Source: Parcubacteria group bacterium (lineage in GTDB: Bacteria; Patescibacteriota; Minisyncoccia; JACPHC01). From it: 64,000 bases of DNA. The stretch is taken from positions 45,519 to 109,518 of the forward strand of contig JACPHC010000001.1 of NCBI GenBank assembly GCA_016188775.1, given 5' to 3'. Under the pieces are notes generated by a model. That model did not search any database. It worked only from the letters and a program-made list of their open reading frames with translations, and was not told the DNA's origin. The translations under genes were made by a program, and so were the position numbers. This document shows, in pieces, positions 18,201 through 26,773 of this stretch (the first letter of the stretch is position 1; every line of letters starts with the position of its first letter).

Positions 18201-19868
18201 AAATACATTGCGCGTAGTCAAAACACCGTCCCTGGCGTTTTCCCATCCTTGTAGGGTTGAGAAATCTCTTGAAGCGGTACCAATGGAATGGACTTTAACT
18301 AATGTCGCGCCCACGTCGTCCGCCCCGATGTCCCACGTACTCGAGCGCGCGTCGTTGTCGATGTCGGTTGAAAACGCCAGATTCGCGTCCGCGCTTAAAT
18401 CCGTCCCGGCGTTCATCGCTGGATTGCCTGTGCCGTCGCGGAATTCAAGATGAAAGTCTTTGTTGGTGGCGTCAACGAAGGGGACTGTTTTATTGCGCAA
18501 AGTTGTGTTAGGAGAGGTTGCGTCTTGAGAGATGTTGTTGGAGGAGGAAGCATGAACTACGCCTTCGAAATAATCAGTAGTATTCCCATTAGCAATATTG
18601 TTTTTTAGAATAGTACTGTTCCACCCATGGCGTATTCCATAATAATTATTGTACACAATATTATTTGAGACATATACTGATCCAAGAAAATCTGCTGGGT
18701 ATATGCCATGGCTAGCAGTGCTCCCCCCGGTACCGATACTGAAATCATAAACTATATTATTCCATATTTTAAGCACCTGATTGTCGGTGTCAGAATATAT
18801 TCCTGCTGCAGGAAAATAATTTATAACGGTACTTGTGTTTTTAATAATATTGTTGGAAATTCTTACATCACTGCCAGCACCTTCCGCTCCGACAGTTGCA
18901 TATATTCCCCGGGGTGTCTGATCTCCTCCAACCGCTATCTGTAAACCGTCTATTCTTACATGCCGTTCTTTAATTGTTGCAACACCTTTAAAAGTGTTTA
19001 CTTCCATTCTATACTTTCCCGTATCCCACTTGCCGTTATGCCGTTCTGAAATCGGCACAAATATTTCAATGTAATGCGTCGCGTCCGTGGTCCAACCGTC
19101 AATCGTGACCTCGGTGGTGTCGGCCGCGCCGTCGTAATAAGGAAGGCCGCGTTCTACGGCGTTGCGGATGACGAGGTCGCCTTGCCTACCCGCTTCCCAC
19201 GCCGAGATGCTCGCGTACCACCGGCCCACGTTGCCCGCGCCAGCTTGTGGTGAGCTTGTCGAACCATTATTCTCCGAGTCAATAACAATAATTTTGTCAA
19301 CGCTGTCAAAGACCGAAAGGATTTTCCATTTGAGGCCTGCCGAGTCCGTGAATCTGTCGTTTTTGAAAATACGAGAGAGATTCACCGCCGAAGAAAAGGC
19401 GACCGTCCACGGCCCTGTGCCGGTTACCGTGGCGGTTGGAGTAACAATATTTGCCAAGGCGCCGATAGTGTATTCATTAACTTTAAATGTGGGAAATATC
19501 TTTTCTACCGCGGTTACAGGATTTAAGTCCGTCGCGGTGCCTGTATTTTGCGCGAGACTCCCTCCCGAAATTTCCGCCACGCTATTTGCCGTATCAATAT
19601 TGGTAGTCGCGGTAAATGTTTCGGAAAACGATTGGTCAACGTCAACCGTAGAAATCTTTACATCTCCCGCGCTTACCGCGGTATCAACGCTTGTTTTTGT
19701 TGTCGCTCCTTGGCCTGTTACCGCGTTTGAATCAAAATCGCCTTGCGTTGTCCAAGTTTTTGTAAAAGTGGCGGCTTGGACCATTGGTGTTTGGTCAATC
19801 AAAATTATCCCGCTGATAATCGCGGCCAGTAAAATAAAAGCGATTACTGGATAAAATTTTTTCGGCAT
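12213..19868 (-). CDS. giant (2551 aa) secreted/surface protein: beta-helix-like domains, propeller-like repeats and many C-terminal FN3-like repeats
   Basis: Signal peptide (VQAA); NNIVY/NNIA parallel beta-helix-like repeats; AIYLGG..GKFAK repeats; W.TDE...S.V.Y and H...L..L...T.Y.Y.V.S.D..GN FN3-like repeats. Confidence 0.88.
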   Translation of the reverse strand: MPKKFYPVIAFILLAAIISGIILIDQTPMVQAATFTKTWTTQGDFDSNAVTGQGATTKTSVDTAVSAGDVKISTVDVDQSFSETFTATTNIDTANSVAEISGGSLAQNTGTATDLNPVTAVEKIFPTFKVNEYTIGALANIVTPTATVTGTGPWTVAFSSAVNLSRIFKNDRFTDSAGLKWKILSVFDSVDKIIVIDSENNGSTSSPQAGAGNVGRWYASISAWEAGRQGDLVIRNAVERGLPYYDGAADTTEVTIDGWTTDATHYIEIFVPISERHNGKWDTGKYRMEVNTFKGVATIKERHVRIDGLQIAVGGDQTPRGIYATVGAEGAGSDVRISNNIIKNTSTVINYFPAAGIYSDTDNQVLKIWNNIVYDFSIGTGGSTASHGIYPADFLGSVYVSNNIVYNNYYGIRHGWNSTILKNNIANGNTTDYFEGVVHASSSNNISQDATSPNTTLRNKTVPFVDATNKDFHLEFRDGTGNPAMNAGTDLSADANLAFSTDIDNDARSSTWDIGADDVGATLVKVHSIGTASRDFSTLQGWENARDGVLTTRNVFKISGQSAAFTESETITGLTSGATGTYIKERDTPSASESYMTVDVLTGVFAAGETLTGGTSLSTATLSTILTTAGTIEKGEAYKDSTFTAGVTIDVSTTDATHYMWLTAEPGSRHTGVAGSGAKLIFNGLPAVEIKSDNTIVEWMEIEQDNNNWRVAIGTGWPSRNLIIRNNLIHANSATQPNTFALSISNDSRNGLIYNNVVYGYSIGFRYFDGGLTRYFYNNIAYGNGSGFFINPVNNTTANPVLRNNISTGNTTDYNANGGSWSASSSNNISSDATAPGTGSLINQTLTQIAFVSTTAGMEDLHILESSVAKNAGADLSATFKNDADSQDRAATSSLYASSTSWDIGADEWSGFAARYTGPQKALVRASNGDIYIGADNGKFGKYVSGTNTFTDLTSKISSFWGTNNINALTFDSTNNAIYLGGNAGKFAKYTIGTDTATDLTSKGTGAWGGVNIIALTFNSTNNAVYVGGGGASTQLSFSKCTTSSPCDGANGNATNLDSAISSFWGTNNIRALTFDSANNAIYLGGNAGKFAKYCVSTTACGTANTAYDLTAKISSFWLTNINTLAYDSANAMIYLGGDGGKFAKCATASPCDGANGNATDLSSKLAGSSFLNRPVGALTFDLADGTIYIGMKHTTAGFGKCQVINPCDGANGNVVDLTAKTSSFWGANNFNALAYDSANAMIYLGGDGGKFAKFTAVGASQSAQSIVVDTLATNIAYATLTKNDTVGTGSITYQLSNDNGTTFNTATPGTKYNFTTNGTSLKWKITITGNATVQDITIIYNGYNTTGTITNLKLDTASDAQFTRIDWTASTPSGTLVKFRTRGATNAQGSGALASALWSPYYTTSGATITNDAGTANPTFRYFEIEMFLDSGSTTGSATPTINDFTITYVQNGPPDFDPNYPTTSAGGISASQISDSLNVNWGKVNIQYSVRDQDTNSGTFTPGFIAPSFEYSLNNGSLWTPIPSGNLATGDTANKAVLQASYTIYAAIWDAKSHIPGNYSTQAKIRVTANDGEPVNNTVQAISAAFVLDTKNPVATQFKIDSRTDQLTLNFTDDANIQYRISNNSDQSADGLNSSSGVWQNVASSSFTGNPSWTLTGSPSYEIVWLELRDVYSNIIVASANAPLTPTNFNIKDVSNLQTQEFREFVSWGLWPSNAPVNAQFSKYDLYRSTDGINFSLLNTITASATNYYADFSVASNTTYSYKIIFVDTDGDISNYSSTQSDSPNGQGGTDVTAPTISGVAIAESGNTSARITWTTDELSDSAIEYSISPSTSFNLSAGSSSFVTSHELVVSGLTPSTNYLFRVKSKDIASNIGVNDNNGAGYSLITAGGPVVSNVTEINVTDKTATIFWNTNLDSNSFVVYSLNSAFTSPLEIGSAILVGGSGPTYQHKVDLANLSAATTYYYYVKSTDSLGNTTTDKNNNMYYSFRTALDLNPPIISNISTPVISSEAGVIVWTTDEPATSQVQYGGQSGSYTTTTTLDSALSINHVVSLTGLNSETNYYYKVKSKDAAGNETISVENVLKTQKQGQVVIFSSGAAAPPQPPKDTAPPVISEINIESIGAFEAIIKFKTDESSVAFIEYGKTKDYGFIVGIPEWSEGHAGQLRNLITGTEYHYKIKAVDSAGNSSYSDDQIFQTKFFAEALQELTTLENAQQFQDAIESSLESILPSVFPPFIQTPEAIDVTENSATIKWRTNVKTYSVVSYSANEEYNLKNINPYAAEVSDIENKVLDHQIILSNLKSNTEYHFMVKSFSLPQAIGRSPDIVFVTKAAKFQAIISDIKKDSFRVIWTTGEPTTSIVEYKNLKTNAINRKIDEVKRPFHDILIENLNPATTYEVKAFGYNELENLVETKEILKATTSKDVTPPEISSLKIDSALVPGRADRAQTIVSWKTDEPATSIVFYEEGSSKTDKEFANKIEISNSWVLDHTVILTNLRSGKIYRIQISSVDQAGNKSIFPIRTIITPRQTESILDVIFKNFEETFKFLRKIR
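16111..16948. repeat. exact intragenic nucleotide duplications in the giant gene
   Basis: 59-nt identity between 16111-16169 and 16438-16496; 46-nt identity between 16591-16636 and 16903-16948. Confidence 0.85.
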
Positions 19869-19929
19869 TTTTATTATTTTAACACATTTTTTTTAAAATC
19901 AATTGTGTATAACTTATTGTCTTTTAAAA

Positions 19930-20679
19930 TCACAAATAATTAATAATTTTGTCGTATTGAATGAATCTTAAAAGATAATAAGTCCAAGCAACGAACCAAG
20001 CCATATTGTCGGTTAAAAGCAAAACGCCTAAAAAGATAAGAAAAAATCCGCCGATAGTCGAAAAAATATTAAGATATTTTGATATTTTGGGGATGAATTT
20101 AAAACTGGAGCTGACCAAAAGCGATAATAAAATAAAAGGAACGGCTAGGCCGGCGGAAAAAATTGCCAGAAGCAGAGCGCCTTTTAGAGCCGTGGCGGAG
20201 GTGGTGGCTAAAACCAAGATCGCGCCTAAAATCGGGCCGACGCAAGGCGTCCAGCCGGAACTGAAAGCCGCGCCGAAAATGAAAGAAGTTAAAAAAGAAT
20301 TTTTAGAAAATATTTTGGGCTGAAAAATTACTCCCTTTTTTAAAAAAGGGATTTTAAAAATATTTAAAAGCGAAAGGCCGAATAAAATCACAAAAATCCC
20401 GCCGATTCGACCGATCCACGGCCGATAGAAAATAAAAAATCGGCCCAAAACGCCGAATAAACTTCCTAAAGAAATAAAAACCAGACTGAATCCCAAAATA
20501 AAAAATACGCCGTTTAAAAAAATCCGCCGCCGCGATTTTTTAATTTGTTCAAGATCTTTTTCCGCCAGCGATACTCCGCTGATAAAAGCCAAATATCCCG
20601 GCGCTAAAGGCAAAGTGCAAGGCGCTAAAAAAGTTAAGAGTCCGGCAAAAAACGCCGAGATAATTAAAGATAAGTCCAT
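19930..20679 (-). CDS. ccdA: CcdA/DsbD-type transmembrane disulfide exchange protein
   Basis: FLAPCTLPL and GWTPCVGPILG motifs; multiple TMs. Confidence 0.9.
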   Translation of the reverse strand: MDLSLIISAFFAGLLTFLAPCTLPLAPGYLAFISGVSLAEKDLEQIKKSRRRIFLNGVFFILGFSLVFISLGSLFGVLGRFFIFYRPWIGRIGGIFVILFGLSLLNIFKIPFLKKGVIFQPKIFSKNSFLTSFIFGAAFSSGWTPCVGPILGAILVLATTSATALKGALLLAIFSAGLAVPFILLSLLVSSSFKFIPKISKYLNIFSTIGGFFLIFLGVLLLTDNMAWFVAWTYYLLRFIQYDKIINYL

Positions 20680-20798
20680 AATGATTAATATTTTATCTCA
20701 ATTCAGTTCCGTAAGTAAAGCGATATGGAAATATATAGGAATGAAAATTATTATTGAAAAATGGGGGTAACTTTTGATAAAATAAACCAAATAAAGCT

Positions 20799-21353
20799 AT
20801 GAAAGACAGTAACGGTAATTTAATAAAGGACTTGGCGATTATCGCGTTTAGCGTCCTTATTGCGATTTTAATGGTCAAGACGGGCGCGCTTAAAACCTTG
20901 CTTGTTTCTTCTCAAGAAGTGAAACTGATTGGAAGTTTCGTTGCCGGAATATTTTTTGTTTCCATCTTTAGTGCCGCTCCAGCCACCGTAGCGCTTGCGG
21001 AAATAGCCCAATCTAATTCAATATTCTGGTCGGCATTTTTCGGCGGTATGGGCGCGTTAGTTGGAGATTTAATCATTTTCCGTTTTATAAAAAACAGGTT
21101 GACTGACGATTTTTTACAGCTCATTAGGAAAACAAAATCTGAAAGATTAGCATCGCTTTTTAGATTACGGCTTTTCAAATGGTTAATTCCTTTTGTTGGC
21201 GCGCTTGTTGTTGCCTCTCCTCTCCCCGACGAACTTGGTCTTATGATGATGGGGCTTTCAAAAATGAAAACCTCTTTATTTATGCCAATTTCCTTCTTTC
21301 TCAACTTTTTGGGAATTTTGACGATAGGACTTATTGCTAAAAATGTTTTTTGA
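20799..21353 (+). CDS. integral membrane protein (VTT/TVP38-like)
   Basis: Multi-TM; GALVGDLIIF, SPLPDELG. Confidence 0.7.
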   Translation: MKDSNGNLIKDLAIIAFSVLIAILMVKTGALKTLLVSSQEVKLIGSFVAGIFFVSIFSAAPATVALAEIAQSNSIFWSAFFGGMGALVGDLIIFRFIKNRLTDDFLQLIRKTKSERLASLFRLRLFKWLIPFVGALVVASPLPDELGLMMMGLSKMKTSLFMPISFFLNFLGILTIGLIAKNVF

Positions 21354-21514
21354 GAAATATTGAACCTGCTTGCAAAAGAAAAGTCGTTAGGCTCGCCTAA
21401 CGACTTACATGTTTTTACCAACTTACAACGATATCTTGAATAAAATGTTTTATACGTTTATCTAATTCTTTTTGATATTCTTCCCATCCGTCAATATCGT
21501 GATTCGCTGGCGTT

Positions 21515-21976
21515 TTAAGTCCTAATATGTCGCAAGATGTTTTTTGTTGATCTCGGCTTTAAATTTTTTCTGTCGGAGGTCATGAAGAATGGCTTGAAAC
21601 GCAATCTCCGATAATGTATGAATTCCGACTCGAATAGCTGGAAACGGGGTTCGTCGATCTTGCGAAGATTCGAGAGAATGCCACGCCGAGAGTTCATGAA
21701 GACCGCGACAGTTGCTCCGCGGCCGCCGTAGAACTTTTTATTGTCGTGCCATTTCTCGTCGCACTCGATTGAGATACCCCGATCGTTCTCGCGGATCGTC
21801 TCGACGACCGTACCCTTCCGCCAGATGTTGTTCGTCGTTCTAACCTCGACGCGGGCGCCAAGAGGAAAGTCCTCCCAGCCCTTTTCGAGATCGTCCATGC
21901 CCGGATCGTTCCAATGAAGCCTACCGCCCGTCGCTTCCGCGAGGCGGTCGATTCTAGAATTTTTTGTCGTCATCAT
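21515..21976 (-). CDS. hypothetical protein with atypical (GC-richer) composition next to the tRNA 3' end
   Basis: 153-aa ORF preceded by an SD-like aaggggga; no recognised domain. Confidence 0.5.
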   Translation of the reverse strand: MMTTKNSRIDRLAEATGGRLHWNDPGMDDLEKGWEDFPLGARVEVRTTNNIWRKGTVVETIRENDRGISIECDEKWHDNKKFYGGRGATVAVFMNSRRGILSNLRKIDEPRFQLFESEFIHYRRLRFKPFFMTSDRKNLKPRSTKNILRHIRT

Positions 21977-22169
21977 TCGGTATTCCCCCTTTTAAGGAAC
22001 TGTATAATTCCATCTAAGCACTATGCCTAGATTTCAATTCAAGAATAGCATATTGTTTTGCCCCGCTACGCTAAAGCTTTGCGGGGCCACTTCGCTTTAT
22101 TTTATCAAAATATTGCAAACCATTGATTTTTTGTGCTTGCACCGCGTAGCTCCATAAGGAGCGAAGAAG

Positions 22170-22242
22170 TGCGCCCAGCAGGAATCGAACCTGCAACCTC
22201 TTCCTTAAAAGGGAATTGCTCTGCCAATTGAGCTATGGGCGC
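22170..22242 (-). tRNA. tRNA-Lys (anticodon UUU)
   Basis: Reverse complement gcgcccatagctcaattggcagagcaattcccttttaaggaagaggttgcaggttcgattcctgctgggcgca folds as a cloverleaf; D-arm AGCTCA..TGG, T-loop GGTTCGATTCC, anticodon loop CT-TTT-AA; CCA not encoded. Confidence 0.93.
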
Positions 22243-22276
22243 GCGCAATCCCCGATTATTCGGGGATTTATTCTCG

Positions 22277-22885
22277 TCATTTTAAAATTGATTTTATCTC
22301 TTCAACGCACTCATTATGCTTTTTCATGTCATAAAGCGCGGCGTTCATTTTCAGCCATTTAGCTGTTTCAATATTAATTTTACGATCGTCAATAAACAAA
22401 CATTCTTTCGGCAAAGCTTTTAATTTTAGCATTACTTCAAAAAAAATCGCCGGATCCGGTTTTTTAGAGTTCATTTCATAAGATAAGAAAAAATTATTAA
22501 AGAGTTTGAGTGGTTCGTGGCAAATTTTTTTAATTTCCGGCCAGTGAAGTTCGTCGGTATCGGATAAAATAGAAAACGTATATTCATGAGGCAATTTTTT
22601 CAAGAACTGAAAAAAGGGCTTATTAACGTCAATAATAGTTGAATTCCAAATTTCAACAAATTCTTCGAATCGAAAAAAACATTTCAGATGGCTTGAAAAT
22701 TGATAGTAAAATTCTGTTTTATTAATTTTCCCCTCGGCGAATAAATCATATAACGAACTGTTAATCATTTTTTCGCAAATTTCTTCTTTTGAAAATTTCG
22801 AATGCTTGCTCATTCGATCCATCGCTCCGTCAAAATCCGCTTTCAAAATCACTCCTCCGACATCGCAAATAATATGTTTAATCAA
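22277..22885 (-). CDS. HAD-superfamily phosphatase (YihX-like)
   Basis: DVGGV motif I, ILSDT, KPDPAIF, LFIDD. Confidence 0.88.
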   Translation of the reverse strand: MIKHIICDVGGVILKADFDGAMDRMSKHSKFSKEEICEKMINSSLYDLFAEGKINKTEFYYQFSSHLKCFFRFEEFVEIWNSTIIDVNKPFFQFLKKLPHEYTFSILSDTDELHWPEIKKICHEPLKLFNNFFLSYEMNSKKPDPAIFFEVMLKLKALPKECLFIDDRKINIETAKWLKMNAALYDMKKHNECVEEIKSILK

Positions 22886-22935
22886 TTCCTCCTCCTATTT
22901 TAAATTTTAAAAGAACGTTTATATAAAATAACACA

Positions 22936-23556
22936 CTATAACTCTTTTTTCAACTCTTCCAAAAGCTCTTTGGCTTTTTTGGAAAGATGTTTCGGAGTTT
23001 TTACTTTGATGACTAAATATAAATTCCCTTTTCCCGGCCGGCGTTTGTAAGCGTAGCCTTGCCCGGGCACTTGAATGGTTTGACCGGATTCAACGCCGGC
23101 CGGCACTTCAATCGTCAGATTGCCGTTTGGCGTTTTAATGTTGAAATTTCCCCCCAGGGCCGCTTCAATAAAATTAATTTGAAGCTCCATGGTAATGTCT
23201 TTTTGCCCGAAACTGGTTTCAAAAATTTCTTCAAAAACATCATTAAGATTAATTCCGCCGTTTGAAGAAAATCCCCGAAAACCAAACCCGCCGAAATCAA
23301 AACCGAATCCCTGCCCGTTTCGGCCGCCTGAAGGATCAAAGCCGGCTCCGTCAAAAGTCCGGCCGAATTGATCGTATTGGGCCCGTTTATTTTTATCAGA
23401 GAGTATTTGATAAGCCTCGTTGATTTCTTTAAATTTCGCTTCGGTCCCGCCCCGATCCGGATGATGCTCGTGGGCTAACTTTCGATAGGCTTTTTTAATA
23501 TCTTCTTCCGCGGCGTTTTTCGGCACTCCTAAAATTGAATAATAATCTTTTGCCAT
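22936..23556 (-). CDS. dnaJ: short DnaJ-family co-chaperone (J domain, G/F region, partial C-terminal domain, no zinc finger)
   Basis: [11 protein letters not shown] motif, GF-rich linker, EAALGG; immediately downstream of dnaK. Confidence 0.85.
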   Translation of the reverse strand: MAKDYYSILGVPKNAAEEDIKKAYRKLAHEHHPDRGGTEAKFKEINEAYQILSDKNKRAQYDQFGRTFDGAGFDPSGGRNGQGFGFDFGGFGFRGFSSNGGINLNDVFEEIFETSFGQKDITMELQINFIEAALGGNFNIKTPNGNLTIEVPAGVESGQTIQVPGQGYAYKRRPGKGNLYLVIKVKTPKHLSKKAKELLEELKKEL

Positions 23557-23654
23557 AATTGTCGAAATTTATGAGGAAATAAATTTCGCTATAATTATGA
23601 GCATCCGCCGAAGGCGGACGCCCACTGCTGAAATTTACTCCGTTTAATTAAAAT

Positions 23655-25469
23655 TTACGCGGATTCTTTTTTGTTATAAAGAGAGGCGCCGATTTTTTGA
23701 ACCGCAAGTGATAATTCTTGAGTCGCTTTTTTAATTTCTTCAATATCGGTTCCGTCTTTGGCTTTTTTGGCAACGTTTAATTTTTCCTCAATTTCTTTTT
23801 TGTCTTCTTCTTTAATTTTATCTTTATTCTCGCTCAATGTTTTTTCAACCGTGTAAATTAAGGCGTCGGCCGCGTTTTTTATCTCCGAAAACTCTTTTTT
23901 CTTTTTATCTTCTTCGGCGTGAATCTCCGCGTCCTTTTTCATTTTTTCAATATCTTCTTTGGAAAGGCCGGATGAAGCCTCAATGCGAATTGATTGTTTT
24001 TTGTTCGTGGCTTTATCCAAAGCGCCGACATTTAAAATGCCGTTGGCGTCAATGTCAAACGAAACTTCGATTTGCGGAAGGCCTCGAGGCGAAGGCGGAA
24101 CGCCGTCAAGAATAAACCGGCCGAGCGTTTTATTATCATGCGCCATTTCCCGCTCGCCCTGCAAAACGTGAATTTCAACCGATGTTTGATTGTCGGCCGC
24201 GGTGGAAAAAATTTGATTTTTGGCGGTCGGAATAGTCGTGTTTTTTTCTATCAATCTGGTCATAACTCCGCCTAAAGTTTCAATGCCCAATGAAAGCGGA
24301 GTGACGTCCAAAAGCAAAACATCCCGAACGTCTCCTTGCATAATGCCGGCTTGAGCCGCGGCCCCCAAAGCCACCACCTCGTCCGGATTAATGTCTTTAT
24401 GCGGTTCTTTGCCGATTAATTTTTTCACTTCTTCCTGAATTAAAGGCATTCGGGTTTGTCCGCCGACCAAAACGACTTCATTGATTTCCGATATTTTAAA
24501 TTTCGCCTCCTCAATCGTTTTTTTCAAAAGTTCGATTGACCGCGTGATAAAATCTCGCGTTAAATCTTCCAGTTTAGCCCGAGTCATTTTTAAAGTAAAA
24601 TGCCGCGGGCCGTCAGCCGCTTGAGTGATAAAAGGAATGTTGATTTCCGTCTCCAGAAGAGCTGAAAGCTCGTGCTTGGCTTTCTCCGCGGCCTCTTTAA
24701 GCCTCTGCATGGCCAAATTATCTTTGGCCAAATTAATGCCCTGATCTTTTTTAAATTCATCGGCCAGATATTCAATAATTCTTTGATCCAAATCATCGCC
24801 GCCAAGATGAGTGTCGCCGCCGGTGGCTTTGACTTCAATCGTGTCGTCGCCGATTTCCAGAACCGAGACGTCAAAAGTGCCGCCGCCAAAATCGTAAACC
24901 ACGATTTTTTCCGTTTTTTTCTTATTCAGGCCGTAAGCCAAAGCCGCGGCCGTCGGCTCGTTGATGATTCTTTTGATTTTAAAACCGGCGATCTCTCCAG
25001 CGTCTTTGGTGGCTTGCCTTTGAGCGTCGTCAAAATAGGCCGGCACCGTAATAATGGCTTCGGTGATTTTTTCCCCCAGACGGTCTTCGGCGTCGATTTT
25101 TAATTTTTGCAAAATCATGGCGGAAATTTCCTGCGGCGAATACCATTTATCCATTATTTTTATTTCCACTCCTCCGTTTTTGCCTTCGCGGATTTCATAA
25201 GGCAGCCATTTTTTGTCCCTCTGGACTTCCGGATCTAAAAACTTACGGCCAATCAATCTTTTCGCGGAAAAAACGGTATTTTGATGATTGGTAACCGCCT
25301 GACGCTTGGCGGTTTGCCCCACCAATCGCTCGTTATTTTTGGAAACGGCCACGATGGAAGGCGTTGTCCGATTGCCTTCTTTATTTTCAATAATTCTCGG
25401 CTGACCCGCTTCCACCACGGCCATGGCCGAATTGGTCGTGCCTAAATCAATGCCTAATATTTTACTCAT
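23655..25469 (-). CDS. dnaK: chaperone DnaK
   Basis: [36 protein letters not shown]. Confidence 0.98.
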   Translation of the reverse strand: MSKILGIDLGTTNSAMAVVEAGQPRIIENKEGNRTTPSIVAVSKNNERLVGQTAKRQAVTNHQNTVFSAKRLIGRKFLDPEVQRDKKWLPYEIREGKNGGVEIKIMDKWYSPQEISAMILQKLKIDAEDRLGEKITEAIITVPAYFDDAQRQATKDAGEIAGFKIKRIINEPTAAALAYGLNKKKTEKIVVYDFGGGTFDVSVLEIGDDTIEVKATGGDTHLGGDDLDQRIIEYLADEFKKDQGINLAKDNLAMQRLKEAAEKAKHELSALLETEINIPFITQAADGPRHFTLKMTRAKLEDLTRDFITRSIELLKKTIEEAKFKISEINEVVLVGGQTRMPLIQEEVKKLIGKEPHKDINPDEVVALGAAAQAGIMQGDVRDVLLLDVTPLSLGIETLGGVMTRLIEKNTTIPTAKNQIFSTAADNQTSVEIHVLQGEREMAHDNKTLGRFILDGVPPSPRGLPQIEVSFDIDANGILNVGALDKATNKKQSIRIEASSGLSKEDIEKMKKDAEIHAEEDKKKKEFSEIKNAADALIYTVEKTLSENKDKIKEEDKKEIEEKLNVAKKAKDGTDIEEIKKATQELSLAVQKIGASLYNKKESA

Positions 25470-25503
25470 ATATATAAAATTATTTAATTTTTAATTTTTT
25501 TAA

Positions 25504-25959
25504 TTATTTGGCGATTTTAACTCTGGCCGGCCGGATTAAATATTTATCAATTTTCCAGCCGCCCTGCATTTCTTCAATAATAGTTCCCGATTCTTTGTCC
25601 GATTCAATCGTTTCCAAGGCTTCGTGGATTTCCGGATCAAATTTTTCTCCGATGGTTTTAATTTTTCGCGCTCCCCAATCTTTTAAAAAATTTTCCAGTT
25701 GATTTAAAACTTCTTCGTTGCCGGTTATTTTTTTCGCCTCATTAAGACTGTCGTAAATCGGCAAAAGATTTTTCAAAAAATTAATTTTTATCCTTAGCCT
25801 TTCTTCTTCTATTTTTTTGATTTCATCTTTTTTATAATTGGAGTAATCAGCCCGTTCTCTTTGCCAGCCCTTTAAATATTCATCTCTTTTTTCTTCGCAT
25901 TCTTTAATGATTTTTTCAAAACCATCTTCTTCTTTTTTTTCTTTTGTTTCGTTTTTCAT
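25504..25959 (-). CDS. grpE: nucleotide exchange factor GrpE
   Basis: QRERADYSNYKK, FDPEIHEA, IRPARVKI; lies between hrcA and dnaK. Confidence 0.93.
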   Translation of the reverse strand: MKNETKEKKEEDGFEKIIKECEEKRDEYLKGWQRERADYSNYKKDEIKKIEEERLRIKINFLKNLLPIYDSLNEAKKITGNEEVLNQLENFLKDWGARKIKTIGEKFDPEIHEALETIESDKESGTIIEEMQGGWKIDKYLIRPARVKIAK

Positions 25960-25983
25960 TGATAAAATTTAAAAAATTTTTTG

Positions 25984-26679
25984 CTAAATAATTTCAAATT
26001 TTTCTTTAATAAAATTCAACAGGGCCTTGTTTCGGCCGTAATTCATCCGGGTCGGACCAAAAAGAGCGAAAATTCCGCGCCGAGTCCGAAATTCAAAGGG
26101 CTCCAGCATCAGACTAAATTCGTCTTTATCTCCCAAAAAAACATCCGTTCCGATTAAAATTTTTGTTTCCAGCGGCATTTGCTTGAGGGTGTCTGAAAAT
26201 TGGTCAATAATTTCGGCCGCGGCCAAAATATTTTCTTCTTTATTCAATTCGGGCTGGGCGAATAATTCTTCCAGTCCGGCAAAAAGAAATTCATCCGTGT
26301 CATTGATAAAAGAAGCGCTGAAATCTTTTGTTATTCTGGCCAGTCTTTTTGTCAGTTCGCCAAAAAATTTTTTTTCCGTGTCTATAAAATCAAACGCCTC
26401 ATCAATAAATCTTTGTTCCGCCGTTTCAATGTCTTCGTCCGTCATTAAATTGTTAATAAAATAACGCCAGGCTTTCGTGGTCGGAATCCGGCCGGCTGAA
26501 GTGAAAGGCTGAAAAAGAAAATTTTCTTTTTCCAAATAATTCATTTCCTGCCGAACCGTGGCCGGCGAAATTTTTAAATTTTTCTTTTTAGAAATTAAAA
26601 CGGAACCAATCGGCTCGGCTGTTTGCGTGTACTCTTCAATAATAGCGTCCAGAATGCTTATTTGCCGTTTCGTCAGCAT
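25984..26679 (-). CDS. hrcA: heat-inducible transcription repressor HrcA (short form)
   Basis: RQISILDAIIEEY..TAEPIGS, SPATVR.EM, TSAGRIPT, GPTRMNY. Confidence 0.93.
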   Translation of the reverse strand: MLTKRQISILDAIIEEYTQTAEPIGSVLISKKKNLKISPATVRQEMNYLEKENFLFQPFTSAGRIPTTKAWRYFINNLMTDEDIETAEQRFIDEAFDFIDTEKKFFGELTKRLARITKDFSASFINDTDEFLFAGLEELFAQPELNKEENILAAAEIIDQFSDTLKQMPLETKILIGTDVFLGDKDEFSLMLEPFEFRTRRGIFALFGPTRMNYGRNKALLNFIKEKFEII

Positions 26680-26685
26680 AAAGCC

Positions 26686-26722
26686 ATTATAAACATTGGC
26701 ACTCTCTTGTCAAGAGTGCTAA
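26686..26722 (-). promoter_or_regulatory. CIRCE operator overlapping a sigma70 promoter of hrcA
   Basis: Minus strand TTAGCACTC-ttgacaaga-GAGTGCCAA (26722-26696), one mismatch to the CIRCE consensus; TTGACA lies in the spacer and TATAAT lies 6 nt before the ATG. Confidence 0.92.
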
Positions 26723-26773
26723 TTGAATTAAAAAGAAAAACCCGCTTTAATAAAACTAAAGTCGGGTATAAAT

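Noticed and set aside
12402-19854. Many plus-strand ORFs opposite the giant gene (and similar shadows opposite dnaK, the kinases and the S74 gene)
   Set aside because: Antisense shadow frames of well-supported genes, with no motifs of their own.
21983-21999. att-site duplication of tRNA-Lys (ttcccccttttaaggaa resembles the anticodon arm)
   Set aside because: It is inverted relative to the tRNA, does not match the tRNA 3' end, and is explained by the SD of the 21976 ORF.
22936-23556. dnaJ as a pseudogene
   Set aside because: The frame is intact, with the HPD motif and a normal C-terminal helix; treated as a naturally short class II-like J protein.
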